Shown here: in pieces, positions 38,803 to 47,316 of the stretch
Numbering within the stretch: the stretch's first letter is position 1
Layout of the letters: every line of letters starts with the position of its first letter
NCBI GenBank assembly: GCA_945865325.1
Contig: CAMBFA010000004.1
Coordinates: forward strand, 114 to 64,113
Reading direction: 5' to 3'
DNA: 64,000 nucleotides
DNA from: Candidatus Kuenenia stuttgartensis
GTDB lineage: Bacteria > Planctomycetota > Planctomycetia > Pirellulales > UBA1268
Program-made: the position numbers and the translations under genes
The notes under the pieces: model-generated
Seen by the model: only the letters and a program-made list of their open reading frames with translations
Databases searched by the model: none
Told to the model about the DNA's origin: nothing

Positions 38803-40371
38803 TCATGCCGGAGGCCGTGGAGCGAGGCCGTGAGCGGGCCCGTAGCGCTTCCACAGGCTCTCCACCAGCCACCGCTCCGAGATCGGGCCGCCGGTGGCGC
38901 CGGCGACGAGGCTGCCCGGGTCGATCAGGCGCCCATGGTGGTGAACCCGCTCCCGCAACCAGCCCAGGAGCGAACCGAACCTCCCCGCGGCAAGCTCCAC
39001 GGGGAGCGCGGGGAGATCTCTTTCGATCGCGGCCATCATCTGGGCAGCGTAGACGTTGCCGAGGGTGTAGGTGGGGAAATAGCCGATCAAGCCGGCGCTC
39101 CAGTGGATGTCCTGAAGCACCCCTTCGGCGGCGTTGGCGGGGCGGATCCCGAAGTCCTGCTCGAAGCGATCGTCCCAGGCGGACGGAAGATCGGCAACGG
39201 CCAGCTCTCCACGGACGAGCGCGCGCTCCAGATCGAAGCGGAGCATGACATGGAGGTTGTAGGTCACCTCGTCGGCCTCGACGCGGATCAGCGACGGTCG
39301 AACGGCGAGCAGCGATCGTTGGACCGATTCGGGGGAGGTCTCCGCCAGCGCTGCCGGGAACATCGTCTGCGCCAGGGGCAGGCACCATTCCCAGAACGGA
39401 AGCGAGCGACCGACGAGATTTTCCCAGAGACGCGACTGCGATTCGTGGATGCCGAGGGAGGCCGCTTCGCCCCCCGGCAGGCCGAACGCCTGCGCCGTCA
39501 ACCCCTGCTCGTAGAGGCCATGGCCGGCCTCGTGGAGCACTCCGAACAGCGCGGTCGGCAGATACGACTCGTCCCAGCGGGTGGTGATCCGGCAGTCATG
39601 CGGCCCGATCGTGCTGCAAAACGGGTGCTCCGACGAGTCGAGGCGTCCCCGGTTGAAGTCGAAACCGATCCTTTCAGCCACGGTCCGGACAAACGCCTCC
39701 TGGGCCTCGCGCGGAAACCGCCCTCGGAGGACGTTATCGAGTGGCGCGTGGGGGGCCCCCGTGCAGGCCTGGACAAGGGGCACGAGGCTCGGCCGGAGGC
39801 GGTCGAAGAGGGCCGAAACGTCACTCGCCCGGGCACCCGGCTCGTGGTCGTCGAGGAGGGAATCGTAGGGATCGAGATCGGGCGATTGGCAGCTCGCCTG
39901 TTCGCGTTTCAAGGCGACGATGCGAGCGAGTTTCGGAGCGAAGCCCTTCCAATCGGAGCGTCGCCGCGCGTCGACCCAGGCCTGCTGGCCGTCGATGCAG
40001 GCCCGGGCGGTCTCCTCGACCAGCCGGGCTGGGAGGCGGACATACTTGCGATGATCCCGGAGGAGACGGAGGACCGTCGCCCGCTCGTTCGCACTCCAGT
40101 CGTCCCCGTTTCCCTCCATCGCCGTCGCCAAACGCTCCAACCGATCTCCCTGGGCCGAATCGGTGCGCAGCGTGTGGGCCAAGGAGGCGACGGCGGCCAC
40201 CTGGTCGGCCCGGTGAGCGCCGCCGGCGGGGGGCAGCATCGTCTGTTCGTCCCACCCGAGGATCGATTCGACCGACGCGAGCACCGCGGCCCGACGGGCG
40301 TGGGCGGCGGCTTCGTCGAGATCCCAACGGGAGGCTGGGGGCTGTCGGGCCGGGGGATGGGAGATGCTCAT
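38803..40371 (-). CDS. M32 family carboxypeptidase (carboxypeptidase Taq-like)
   Basis: 522 aa. Zinc site VLHEAGHGLYEQG (HExxH). Also IHESQSRLWEN and DIHWSAGLIGYFPTYTLGN, all hallmarks of peptidase family M32. Confidence 0.88.
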   Translation of the reverse strand: MSISHPPARQPPASRWDLDEAAAHARRAAVLASVESILGWDEQTMLPPAGGAHRADQVAAVASLAHTLRTDSAQGDRLERLATAMEGNGDDWSANERATVLRLLRDHRKYVRLPARLVEETARACIDGQQAWVDARRRSDWKGFAPKLARIVALKREQASCQSPDLDPYDSLLDDHEPGARASDVSALFDRLRPSLVPLVQACTGAPHAPLDNVLRGRFPREAQEAFVRTVAERIGFDFNRGRLDSSEHPFCSTIGPHDCRITTRWDESYLPTALFGVLHEAGHGLYEQGLTAQAFGLPGGEAASLGIHESQSRLWENLVGRSLPFWEWCLPLAQTMFPAALAETSPESVQRSLLAVRPSLIRVEADEVTYNLHVMLRFDLERALVRGELAVADLPSAWDDRFEQDFGIRPANAAEGVLQDIHWSAGLIGYFPTYTLGNVYAAQMMAAIERDLPALPVELAAGRFGSLLGWLRERVHHHGRLIDPGSLVAGATGGPISERWLVESLWKRYGPAHGLAPRPPA

Positions 40372-40451
40372 GGGGGGGAGAGTATGCTCCGGTGGAGCTG
40401 CTTGGCAACCGCACGCCCCGCTCCTTCACCCCGGCCTCCCCCGAGAATCCC

Positions 40452-41147
40452 ATGCTCGATGCCCTCGTCATCGCTCCCCATCCAGACGACGCCGAGCTCG
40501 GCATGGGAGGCACCATCGCGCTGATGCTGGCCCGCGGGTTGCGCGTCGGCATTCTCGACCTCACCGACGGGGAACCGACGCCGCGCGGAACCCCGGAGAT
40601 CCGCGCCCGCGAGACCGCCGCCGCCACGGCCGTGCTCGGAATCGAGTGGCGCGAGAATCTCGGTCTTCCCAACCGTCGCCTTCGGGCCACACTCGCCGCC
40701 CGGGCAAGCCTCGCCGCCACGATCCGCCGCACCCGCCCGCGATGGCTGTTCTCGCCACACTGGGTCGACGCCCACCCCGACCACGTCGCCGCCACCCGCC
40801 TGGTCGATGCGGCGCGATTCTGGGCAAAGCTCACCAAATGCGATCTGCCCGGTGAGCCCTGGCACCCGTCGCGCGTCTACCACTACCCGTGCGTCCATCT
40901 CAAGGTCCTCCTCCGCCCCGCTTTCATCGTCGACATCAGCGACACCTGGGAGACCAAGGCCCGCAGCATCGCCTGCTACGCGAGCCAGTTCCCCACCCCC
41001 GAGTCGTCCCCGGCTTCGTCCCCGTCCGTGCCGGAACGTGTCGACGCCGCCGCGCGCTGGTGGGGCTCGATGATCGGAGTTGCCCGCGGTGAGCCATTCA
41101 CTGCCCGCGAACCGATCGGACTGCGCGGTTTTGGCGACCTGTTCTGA
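40452..41147 (+). CDS. PIG-L/LmbE family N-acetylglucosaminyl deacetylase (BshB1-like)
   Basis: Start MLDALVIAPHPDDAELGMGGTIALMLARGLRVGILDLTDGEPTPRGT at 40452 inside ORF 39741..41147. AHPDD-E-GxGG zinc-site motif plus HPDH later in the protein. Confidence 0.82.
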   Translation: MLDALVIAPHPDDAELGMGGTIALMLARGLRVGILDLTDGEPTPRGTPEIRARETAAATAVLGIEWRENLGLPNRRLRATLAARASLAATIRRTRPRWLFSPHWVDAHPDHVAATRLVDAARFWAKLTKCDLPGEPWHPSRVYHYPCVHLKVLLRPAFIVDISDTWETKARSIACYASQFPTPESSPASSPSVPERVDAAARWWGSMIGVARGEPFTAREPIGLRGFGDLF

Positions 41148-41366
41148 CACCGTCGACCGGCGCCCACGCTGGATCGGCCCCTCGGGCAAGCTGCGCCGAC
41201 GAGGATCGCGGCGGGGGAACGAGGGCGTCGCAGGGAATTGGCCGGATGGGAGCGATTCGGGGGGCGATCATCGGAATCGTGTGGCCCCCGGGAGGGCCGG
41301 GCCGATATCTCCAGTGCGGACGCGTGCGCGCCCGCCGCCGCTCCCTCGACCCATAGGGTCTACACC

Positions 41367-41600
41367 ATGCCCGCCCGCGACATCAACGTCATGGCCCTGG
41401 TCAAGGGAGGCGAACGGTACGTCTTCCTGTATGACGACGACAGCCGTGTCGAGGCCCTCCGCACGTTGAGCCGATTCGCCTCCGACCCGGATCTCAGTTT
41501 CTCCTGGCACGACGCCGCCGTGCTCGGTGAGAAGGTCCGCCACGCCGCCCCACGAGTGAACCGGGTCCGCTTCGTACCGCCGGCCGACCGAACGGCCTGA
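41367..41600 (+). CDS. small hypothetical protein (77 aa)
   Basis: Internal ATG at 41367 gives [57 protein letters not shown], a balanced, protein-like composition. It ends 20 nt before xerC. The upstream part of ORF 41238..41600 looks non-coding. Confidence 0.45.
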   Translation: MPARDINVMALVKGGERYVFLYDDDSRVEALRTLSRFASDPDLSFSWHDAAVLGEKVRHAAPRVNRVRFVPPADRTA

Positions 41601-41620
41601 TCCGCCCCCCTGGCAGGTTC

Positions 41621-42550
41621 GTGATGCCTTCCCTGCCCCCCCAAGCCAGCGCCGGATTCTCTGCGGTGATCGATCGCTTCCTCGGCGCGATGGTCGCGGA
41701 ACGGGGATGCTCACCCTTCACCGTCAAGAGCTACCGAGAGGATCTCATCCAGCTGGCCGAGTTCCTTGCCTCGGCCGGCTGTCGGACCCCCGATGAGGCG
41801 ACGAGCATGATCCTGCGGCGATTCGCCGGCGGGCTCCACGCCGCCGGATATGCGCCGGCGACCGTGGCCAGGAAATTGGCGAGCACCCGAAGTTTTTACG
41901 CCTTCGGCCAGCGCGAAGGATGGGTGCGAACGAATCCCGCCAAGCCACTCCGCGGTCCGAAGCGGGCGCGGAAACTCCCCAAGTTCCTCACTGGCGAGGA
42001 AATCGGCCGCCTCCTTGCCGCCCCCCAACCGAAGGCCGCCGGTGGACTGCGGGATCGGGCGATTCTCGAGCTGATGTACTCGGCCGGGCTTCGAGTTCGC
42101 GAGTTGGTGACCCTCGATGACGGCGATCTCGACCTCCGTGGTGGCACCGCCAGGGTCCGCGGAAAGGGGCGTCGAGAGCGGCTGGGGATCGTCGGCCGTC
42201 ACGCCCGCGGAGCAATCGAAAGCTGGCTGGCGTCGCGTGCCAGCCCCCGCGCGACGGCCGTTGCCCGCGTTCAACCACTGTTCACGAACAAGTTCGGCAC
42301 GCGACTCTCGGTGCGCGGAGTCGCCCGGCTGCTCGAGAAGCACCTGCTCACGGCCGGGCTTTCCGGGCGGGCGAGCCCCCACACCCTGCGGCACAGTTTC
42401 GCCACCCATCTCCTCGACGCCGGCGCTGACATCCGGAGCGTCCAGGAACTACTCGGTCACAAGAGCCTGGTCACGACCCAGATCTACACCCACGTGACGA
42501 CGACACGCCTCCTCGACGCCTTCGACAAAGCCCATCCACGGGCCCGTTAG
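41621..42550 (+). CDS. xerC: tyrosine site-specific recombinase XerC/XerD family
   Basis: 309 aa. N-terminal SAM-like domain ([30 protein letters not shown]). Catalytic [57 protein letters not shown] (R-H-R-Y set). Confidence 0.88.
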   Translation: MMPSLPPQASAGFSAVIDRFLGAMVAERGCSPFTVKSYREDLIQLAEFLASAGCRTPDEATSMILRRFAGGLHAAGYAPATVARKLASTRSFYAFGQREGWVRTNPAKPLRGPKRARKLPKFLTGEEIGRLLAAPQPKAAGGLRDRAILELMYSAGLRVRELVTLDDGDLDLRGGTARVRGKGRRERLGIVGRHARGAIESWLASRASPRATAVARVQPLFTNKFGTRLSVRGVARLLEKHLLTAGLSGRASPHTLRHSFATHLLDAGADIRSVQELLGHKSLVTTQIYTHVTTTRLLDAFDKAHPRAR

Positions 42551-42563
42551 CAGCAGAGCCCCC

Positions 42564-42589
42564 GGGGAACGAACGTCAGTTCGTTCCCC
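42564..42589. terminator. perfect 11-bp stem / 4-nt loop hairpin between convergent xerC and the response regulator (candidate bidirectional terminator)
   Basis: GGGGAACGAAC-gtca-GTTCGTTCCCC read directly. It lies 14 nt after the xerC stop and 27 nt after the regulator stop. There is no U-tract, so intrinsic-terminator function is inferred only. Confidence 0.5.
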
Positions 42590-42615
42590 AAGGACGCTGG
42601 TCATTCCCCAGCGTG

Positions 42616-43248
42616 TCAGACGAGGCCGCGACGCACGGCCCAGACAGCAGCCTGGGTGCGGTCGGAGACCGCAATCTTTCGGAGGATGTTTTGGACATGC
42701 TCCTTGACCGTCTCGACACTGATCGTCAATGACTGGGCTATCTCCTTATTGGAGAGCCCCAGCGCCATATGCCGGAGCACCTGCGTCTCGCGCTGCGTGA
42801 GCGGGATGTCGGGATCGGGCGTGGCCACCCGGTTGGCCATCGTTGTTGCCACCCGGCGGAGCTCCCCAGCCTTGGCCGGGAGTTGGCCGGCGGCGGCGCC
42901 GGTGATCGCCGCGATGATCTCGCTCCGCGAGGCACCCTTGAGGATGTAATCGTGGGCCCCCGCAGCTACCGCACGGGCGACGTAGGTCGGGTTGTCGAAT
43001 GTCGAGAGCATCACCACCCGGGCCGTCGGAAGTTCAGCCCGGAGTTTCTCGAGTGTCGCCAGCCCATCCTTGCCGGGCATCCGGATGTCGAGGAGCACGA
43101 CATCGGGCTTGAGCTTCTTGGCCAGCTTCAGTGCCTCATCACCGTTGGACGCTTCCCCGAGAATTTTGACCTCGGATCCCGCCAGCAGGCTGGCCAGCCC
43201 ACGGCGCACCACTTCATGGTCATCGGCGATCACAACTTTGACGGACAT
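42616..43248 (-). CDS. NarL/FixJ-family response regulator (REC + LuxR-type HTH)
   Basis: 210 aa. VVIADDHEVVRRGL...DVVLLDIRMPGKDG...MLSTFD. C-terminal LTQRETQVLRHMALGLSNKEIAQSLTISVETVKEHVQNILRKI. AAGGAG Shine-Dalgarno ~10 nt upstream of the ATG. Confidence 0.9.
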   Translation of the reverse strand: MSVKVVIADDHEVVRRGLASLLAGSEVKILGEASNGDEALKLAKKLKPDVVLLDIRMPGKDGLATLEKLRAELPTARVVMLSTFDNPTYVARAVAAGAHDYILKGASRSEIIAAITGAAAGQLPAKAGELRRVATTMANRVATPDPDIPLTQRETQVLRHMALGLSNKEIAQSLTISVETVKEHVQNILRKIAVSDRTQAAVWAVRRGLV

Positions 43249-43296
43249 GCTCTCTTCTCTCCTTCATGTGGTGTGGCACAGACGTGATGTCTAGGA

Positions 43297-43325
43297 ACTA
43301 TAACTCCATCCCCCCGGGGCCACAA
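43297..43325 (-). promoter_or_regulatory. candidate sigma-70-type promoter for the response regulator gene
   Basis: On the minus strand: TTGTGG (43325..43320) - 17 nt - TATAGT (43302..43297), ~50 nt upstream of the ATG at 43248. This is pattern match only, and consensus use in this lineage is unverified. Confidence 0.3.
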
Positions 43326-43402
43326 CGAGCGGGGAGAATTCCCCCCTTCGGGACGCTCTTCCCCCACCTTGCAACCCCGGTCGGGCGGCCCCTAGAGCCG
43401 CT

Positions 43403-44359
43403 TCACGCCTGCCGGCGGAGGGATTCGGCCTGCCGCGCCGCCTCGAGCATCCGGTCGGCCCCCTGGCCGCGCAGCGCTTCGGCCACCCTCCGGCCGAGGC
43501 GGTCGGGGGACTCGGCTGCATCGGCAACCGCGCGGGAGACGATCCGCTCGATCCCGTCGCCATCCGGCCCGAGGACGCAGGCACCGAGATGGAGCCGATC
43601 TCCCTCGAAGCGGGCCCAGGCACCGATCGGAGCCAGACACCCCCCCGCCAAGCCCGCCAGACAGGCGCGTTCGGCCTCCACCGCCGCGTGGGAGGAGGGA
43701 TCGTCGATCTCCCCGACGATGGCCGCCATCCGGGCATCGCCGCTGCGGATCTGCACGATCAACGCGCCTTGCGCGACGGCGGGCCAGAACGATTCCGGCC
43801 GGAGCACCTCCGTAATCCGCTGCTCCAACCCGAGACGCCCCAGACCGGCGGCCGCGAGGATCAGGCCATCACACTCCCCCTCGTCGAGCCGGCGGAGGCG
43901 GGTGTCGACGTTCCCCCGCACCGAGCGGAAATCGAGATCGGGGCGCCGGGCCTTCAGCTGCATGACGCGGCGGATGCTGGAGGTACCGACGACGGCGCGC
44001 GGGGGCAATTGGTCGATCGTCGGGCTTGTCCGCCCCACGAAGGCATCAAAGGGGGAGGCGCGGAGGGGCACGGAGGCCAGTTCGAGCCCCGGCGTGACGG
44101 CGGTGGGGAGGTCCTTGAGGCTGTGAACAGCCGCATCGATCCGCCCCTCGAGCAGGGCCCGTTCGAGTTCACGGACGAACACCCCATCCCCCCCGCGGAT
44201 CGCGGCGATCGGCACATCGGTGACGACGTCGCCCCGGGTCGAGACGAGCTCGACGGTCACCTCATGGCCGCGAGACCGGAACTGATCGACCACCCATCCC
44301 GTCTGCGTCCGTGCCAGCGCACTCCCCCTCGTCCCGACGCAGATCTCCGTCCGTTCCAT
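43403..44359 (-). CDS. hemC: hydroxymethylbilane synthase (porphobilinogen deaminase)
   Basis: Start MERTEICVGTRGSALARTQT at 44359 inside ORF 43403..44605. Contains RGDVVTD, VHSLKDLP, GTSSIRR and GNVDTRLRRL, plus the cofactor Cys region LAGGCLAPIGAWA. Confidence 0.92.
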   Translation of the reverse strand: MERTEICVGTRGSALARTQTGWVVDQFRSRGHEVTVELVSTRGDVVTDVPIAAIRGGDGVFVRELERALLEGRIDAAVHSLKDLPTAVTPGLELASVPLRASPFDAFVGRTSPTIDQLPPRAVVGTSSIRRVMQLKARRPDLDFRSVRGNVDTRLRRLDEGECDGLILAAAGLGRLGLEQRITEVLRPESFWPAVAQGALIVQIRSGDARMAAIVGEIDDPSSHAAVEAERACLAGLAGGCLAPIGAWARFEGDRLHLGACVLGPDGDGIERIVSRAVADAAESPDRLGRRVAEALRGQGADRMLEAARQAESLRRQA

Positions 44360-44405
44360 CACGCATCCTTCCATGCTCGGCGCCGTTGCGTCGGCGCGGT
44401 GGTTG

Positions 44406-45254
44406 TCATTCCAGGGCACCATCCCGCTCGGCTCCCGCATCGTTGCCATGATCGGCCCGGGCCACGACGGCCACATGGACGGCGGCGGCGCCCGCCGTCG
44501 ACAAAGCCCGTCGGCAGGCGGCCAGCGTACCACCGGTGGTGACGACATCGTCGACGAGGAGTACCCGTTTCCCCGTTCCCCCCCCGCGGCCGACGGCAAA
44601 CGCATCGAGGACGTTGGCGCGGCGCGACTCGAACGGCAGCCGGTTCTGCATCACCGTCGCCCGTGTGCGCCGCAGCAACCGCCGGACTGGAATCGCGGCG
44701 AGACGCCCCAGACGCTCGGCCATTACATCGGCGGCACTCGTGCCCCTCTCGACGCGCCGCCACCAGTGCATCGGCACCGGCACGACGATATCGGGCTTCC
44801 AGGCGAGGATGGTTTCGGCATGGTGGCGGTGGAGGAGCGTGGCGAGCGCCGCCGCCACGTTGTCGCCCCGGGGCCTCTTGGCATGGAGCACCGCCTGACG
44901 GAGCGTGCCGCCATAGCCCCCCAGCACGACGATCCCGTCCCAGTCACGACACCGCCCCCGGCACGAACGGCAGCGCTGGCTCCCTCCCAGCTGCCCACAC
45001 CGCAGGCAGCGCAGTCGTGGATCGGAAAGCTCCCCGACACACGCTTCGCAGAGGGGGAGAGGGGGGCGACAAGGGACGGCCGCGCCCGCGGACGTCGCCG
45101 GCGAGCCTGCCGACGTCGCCGGCGCCCCCGCCGACGGCACGAGCAGGTCTTCCCGATGACAAAGCTCGCAGCGGGGGGGGAAAAGCAGGTCAACCGCGGG
45201 CGCGGACCACGCCCGGCCCTGCCGCGCCAGCCACGCCCAACCCCGTGTGATCAC
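44406..45254 (-). CDS. ComF-family phosphoribosyltransferase-domain protein
   Basis: N-terminal double CxxC zinc-finger region (LLFPPRCELC ... CEAC ... CLRCG ... CRSC). C-terminal PRTase motif VLLVDDVVTTGGT. The start is uncertain: GTG 45254 is preferred because it leaves a divergent intergenic region; alternatives are ATG 45326 and 45365. Confidence 0.7.
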   Translation of the reverse strand: MITRGWAWLARQGRAWSAPAVDLLFPPRCELCHREDLLVPSAGAPATSAGSPATSAGAAVPCRPPLPLCEACVGELSDPRLRCLRCGQLGGSQRCRSCRGRCRDWDGIVVLGGYGGTLRQAVLHAKRPRGDNVAAALATLLHRHHAETILAWKPDIVVPVPMHWWRRVERGTSAADVMAERLGRLAAIPVRRLLRRTRATVMQNRLPFESRRANVLDAFAVGRGGGTGKRVLLVDDVVTTGGTLAACRRALSTAGAAAVHVAVVARADHGNDAGAERDGALE

Positions 45255-45363
45255 CGTCGAGATCCTGTTTCGAGCCAGGTTGACGCTGTTTCCGGACAAC
45301 CCTATCCTCCGCCCCCCGGACCCCATCCGGGGCCCCCAGGCTTCCGCTGTTTCAAGGCCCGGC

Positions 45364-46494
45364 ATGCTGATCGATCGCTACATCGCCCGCGCCCAGTTCC
45401 ACGCCTTCGTGATCGTGTTCGTCAGTCTGGCAGGGCTGACGTTCGTTGTCGACGCCTTCACCAACATGGAGGAGTTCGTCTCGCACGCGGCCGACGGGGG
45501 CGGATTGTGGAAGGTGCTCGGGAAGTACTACGGCTACCGGCTGATCTCGTTCTTCGATGCCACAAGCGCCATCATTTCCCTGGCCAGCGCCATGTTCGCC
45601 CTGTCGTGGCTCGAGCGCCACAACGAACTGACCGCCCTCCTCGCCGCCGGGGTCACGCGCTGGCGGATCGCCCGCGGGTCGATCGCCTTCGCGGCCGTCG
45701 TGGCGATCCTCGCCGGCGCCAACCGAGAACTGGTTCTCCCCAAGATCCGGGAAGCTTTCTCGCGGAACGCCCAGGACCTCAAGGGCAACAAAGACCAGGC
45801 TTTCGAGGCCCGGTACGACCATGCGACCGAGGTCCTGTTCCGCGGCCGTTCGGTGCAGGCAGCTCCACGTCGGATCGAATCACCGAGCCTTCTCCTCCCG
45901 CCTTCACTGTCCGAACACGGGACACAGATCGATGCGGCCGAGGCGCATTGGCTCGCCGCCGATGCCCGCCATCCGGCAGGCTACCTCCTCGGGGCGGTCC
46001 GCGAGCCTGCCGGGATCGACCGGCTCTCGTCGATCGAGTTCGGCGGCCGAACGATCATCCAGACGAGGTCCGAGGCCGATTGGCTCGAACCGGGCCAGTG
46101 CTTCCTCGCCAGTGACGTTTCCTTCGAGCAACTGATCGGTTCGTCGAACTGGACCCAGTACTCGTCGACCCCCGAACTTGTGGCGTCGATCGCCAACCCG
46201 GCGCTCGGAGTCGGCGCTGACATCCCACTCCGGGTTCATTCCCGGTTCGTGGCACCGTTCCTCGACATGTCACTGGCCCTCCTCGGCATCCCGCTCGTGG
46301 TCGGTCCCAACCGGCGCGGGATCTTCGTCGCCGTCGGCTTATGCGTTGCCATGACGGTGATCTTCTTCCTCGTGACGCTCGGTTGTCACGCGGCGGCATC
46401 GAGCTATGTCATCAGCCCGTCGGTCGGGGCCTGGGCCCCGCTTTTGATCCTCGCCCCCCTGGCCGCCTGGCGGGCGCAGCCGATGTGGCAGTGA
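45364..46494 (+). CDS. LptF/LptG (YjgP/YjgQ) family permease
   Basis: Start MLIDRYIARAQFHAFVIVFVSLAGLTFVVDAFTNMEEFV at 45364 inside ORF 45247..46494. Topology is typical: 3 TM helices, a periplasmic beta-jellyroll region, then 3 TM helices. Confidence 0.8.
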   Translation: MLIDRYIARAQFHAFVIVFVSLAGLTFVVDAFTNMEEFVSHAADGGGLWKVLGKYYGYRLISFFDATSAIISLASAMFALSWLERHNELTALLAAGVTRWRIARGSIAFAAVVAILAGANRELVLPKIREAFSRNAQDLKGNKDQAFEARYDHATEVLFRGRSVQAAPRRIESPSLLLPPSLSEHGTQIDAAEAHWLAADARHPAGYLLGAVREPAGIDRLSSIEFGGRTIIQTRSEADWLEPGQCFLASDVSFEQLIGSSNWTQYSSTPELVASIANPALGVGADIPLRVHSRFVAPFLDMSLALLGIPLVVGPNRRGIFVAVGLCVAMTVIFFLVTLGCHAAASSYVISPSVGAWAPLLILAPLAAWRAQPMWQ

Positions 46495-46575
46495 CCCCCC
46501 ATCGACCGGCCCCTCGACGGCAACGATGAGATCGGTTGGCGCGACCGTCGTGGTCGTATCGATCGCAGCGGTCGC

Positions 46576-46655
46576 GGTGCCAGGGGTGCCAGGGGTGCCA
46601 GGGGTGCCAGGGGTGCCAGGGGTGCCAGGGGTGCCAGGCGGCGCCAGGCGGCGCG
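46576..46655. repeat. tandem repeat: 7 perfect copies of the 9-bp unit GGTGCCAGG followed by two degenerate CGGCGCCAGG-like units
   Basis: Read directly. The perfect units span 46576-46638 and the degenerate tail runs to ~46655. The repeat lies in the 321-nt intergenic region between the lptF/G-like gene and fliW. Confidence 0.95.
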
Positions 46656-46815
46656 TCCCCCAGTTTCTCCGAGCGGCATCCTCTGCCAAACCCTCCCCAT
46701 TTCGCCAAACCTTTTTTCTCGACCCCGACACCGCCATCGGCCGATCTCTCCTCCTGAAGGGAAGGCGCCGACACCGGAGCCATCCTGCACCGTCCGGCAA
46801 AGGAGTGCCCTGGCC

Positions 46816-47256
46816 ATGCGCATCAACACCTCACGATTCGGGCGCATCGACATCGACGCCGCCGACATCATCAGCTTCCCCAGCGGACTTCCCGGGCTCG
46901 AGGGATGCCGCGATTGGGCCCTGCTGGCAGACGCGACCAACGACGCCCTCGGTTGGCTTCAGAGCACGACCCGGGGAGACGTCGCCCTCGCAGTCGTAAG
47001 CCCGAGACGGTTCGTGCCCGATTACCAGGTGCGCATCCCGCGCAGTGAGCTCACGCCGCTTGCCATCGCCGACCTCCGCCAGGCCCAGGTGGTCGTGATC
47101 GTCGGCAGCAACGGTAGAACCCTCACCCTCAATCTTAAAGCTCCGATCGTCATTAACCTCGAAGCCCGCACCGGCCGTCAAGTCGTTGCCAGCGGCGAGC
47201 TTCCGATGCAGTACGAATTGCCCTGCGCGACTCCCGGCCTCAAAAAGAGCGCATAA
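46816..47256 (+). CDS. fliW: flagellar assembly factor FliW (CsrA antagonist)
   Basis: 146 aa. MRINTSRFGRIDIDAADIISFPSGLPGLEGCRDWALL ... FVPDYQVRI ... TLNLKAPIVINL matches the FliW family pattern. It sits directly upstream of csrA, as in Bacillus-type fliW-csrA modules. Confidence 0.88.
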   Translation: MRINTSRFGRIDIDAADIISFPSGLPGLEGCRDWALLADATNDALGWLQSTTRGDVALAVVSPRRFVPDYQVRIPRSELTPLAIADLRQAQVVVIVGSNGRTLTLNLKAPIVINLEARTGRQVVASGELPMQYELPCATPGLKKSA

Positions 47257-47266
47257 TGATAGTGCA

Positions 47267-47309
47267 AGCCGACCGGGGAATGTCGGCTCCACGACAGGAT
47301 CAGGAAGGA
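47267..47309 (+). promoter_or_regulatory. csrA leader: hairpin presenting GGA in its loop, plus three GGA motifs over the Shine-Dalgarno region (candidate CsrA autoregulatory sites)
   Basis: AGCCGAC-cggGGAat-GTCGGCT (47267-47288). Then caGGAtcaGGAaGGAtcgaccgATG (GGA at 47297, 47303, 47307; ATG at 47317). Structure and motifs were read directly; CsrA binding is inferred. Confidence 0.4.
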
Positions 47310-47316
47310 TCGACCG

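Noticed and set aside
41621-42550. xerC as a marker of an integrated mobile element or genomic island
   Set aside because: It has a housekeeping XerC/D-type sequence. There is no flanking direct repeat, tRNA target, phage/transposon cargo or visible compositional shift. The neighbours are ordinary chromosomal genes.
42616-43248. NarL-type response regulator as the missing output of the Wsp-like pathway
   Set aside because: It lies 7 kb away on the opposite strand, separated by six unrelated genes, and appears to have its own promoter-like sequence. Nothing in the sequence links the two.
46576-46655. Possible CRISPR array (also considered for 61582-61629)
   Set aside because: The units are 9 and 13 bp, directly abutting with no spacers, and there are no cas genes anywhere in the window.
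46339-46999. Collagen-like or low-complexity ORFs across the 9-bp repeat: VPGVPG..., PGTPGT..., LAPLAP..., CQGCQG...
   Set aside because: The periodic peptide is just the repeat read in each frame. The flanks are junk, and one frame overlaps fliW out of frame. I treated it as non-coding tandem DNA.
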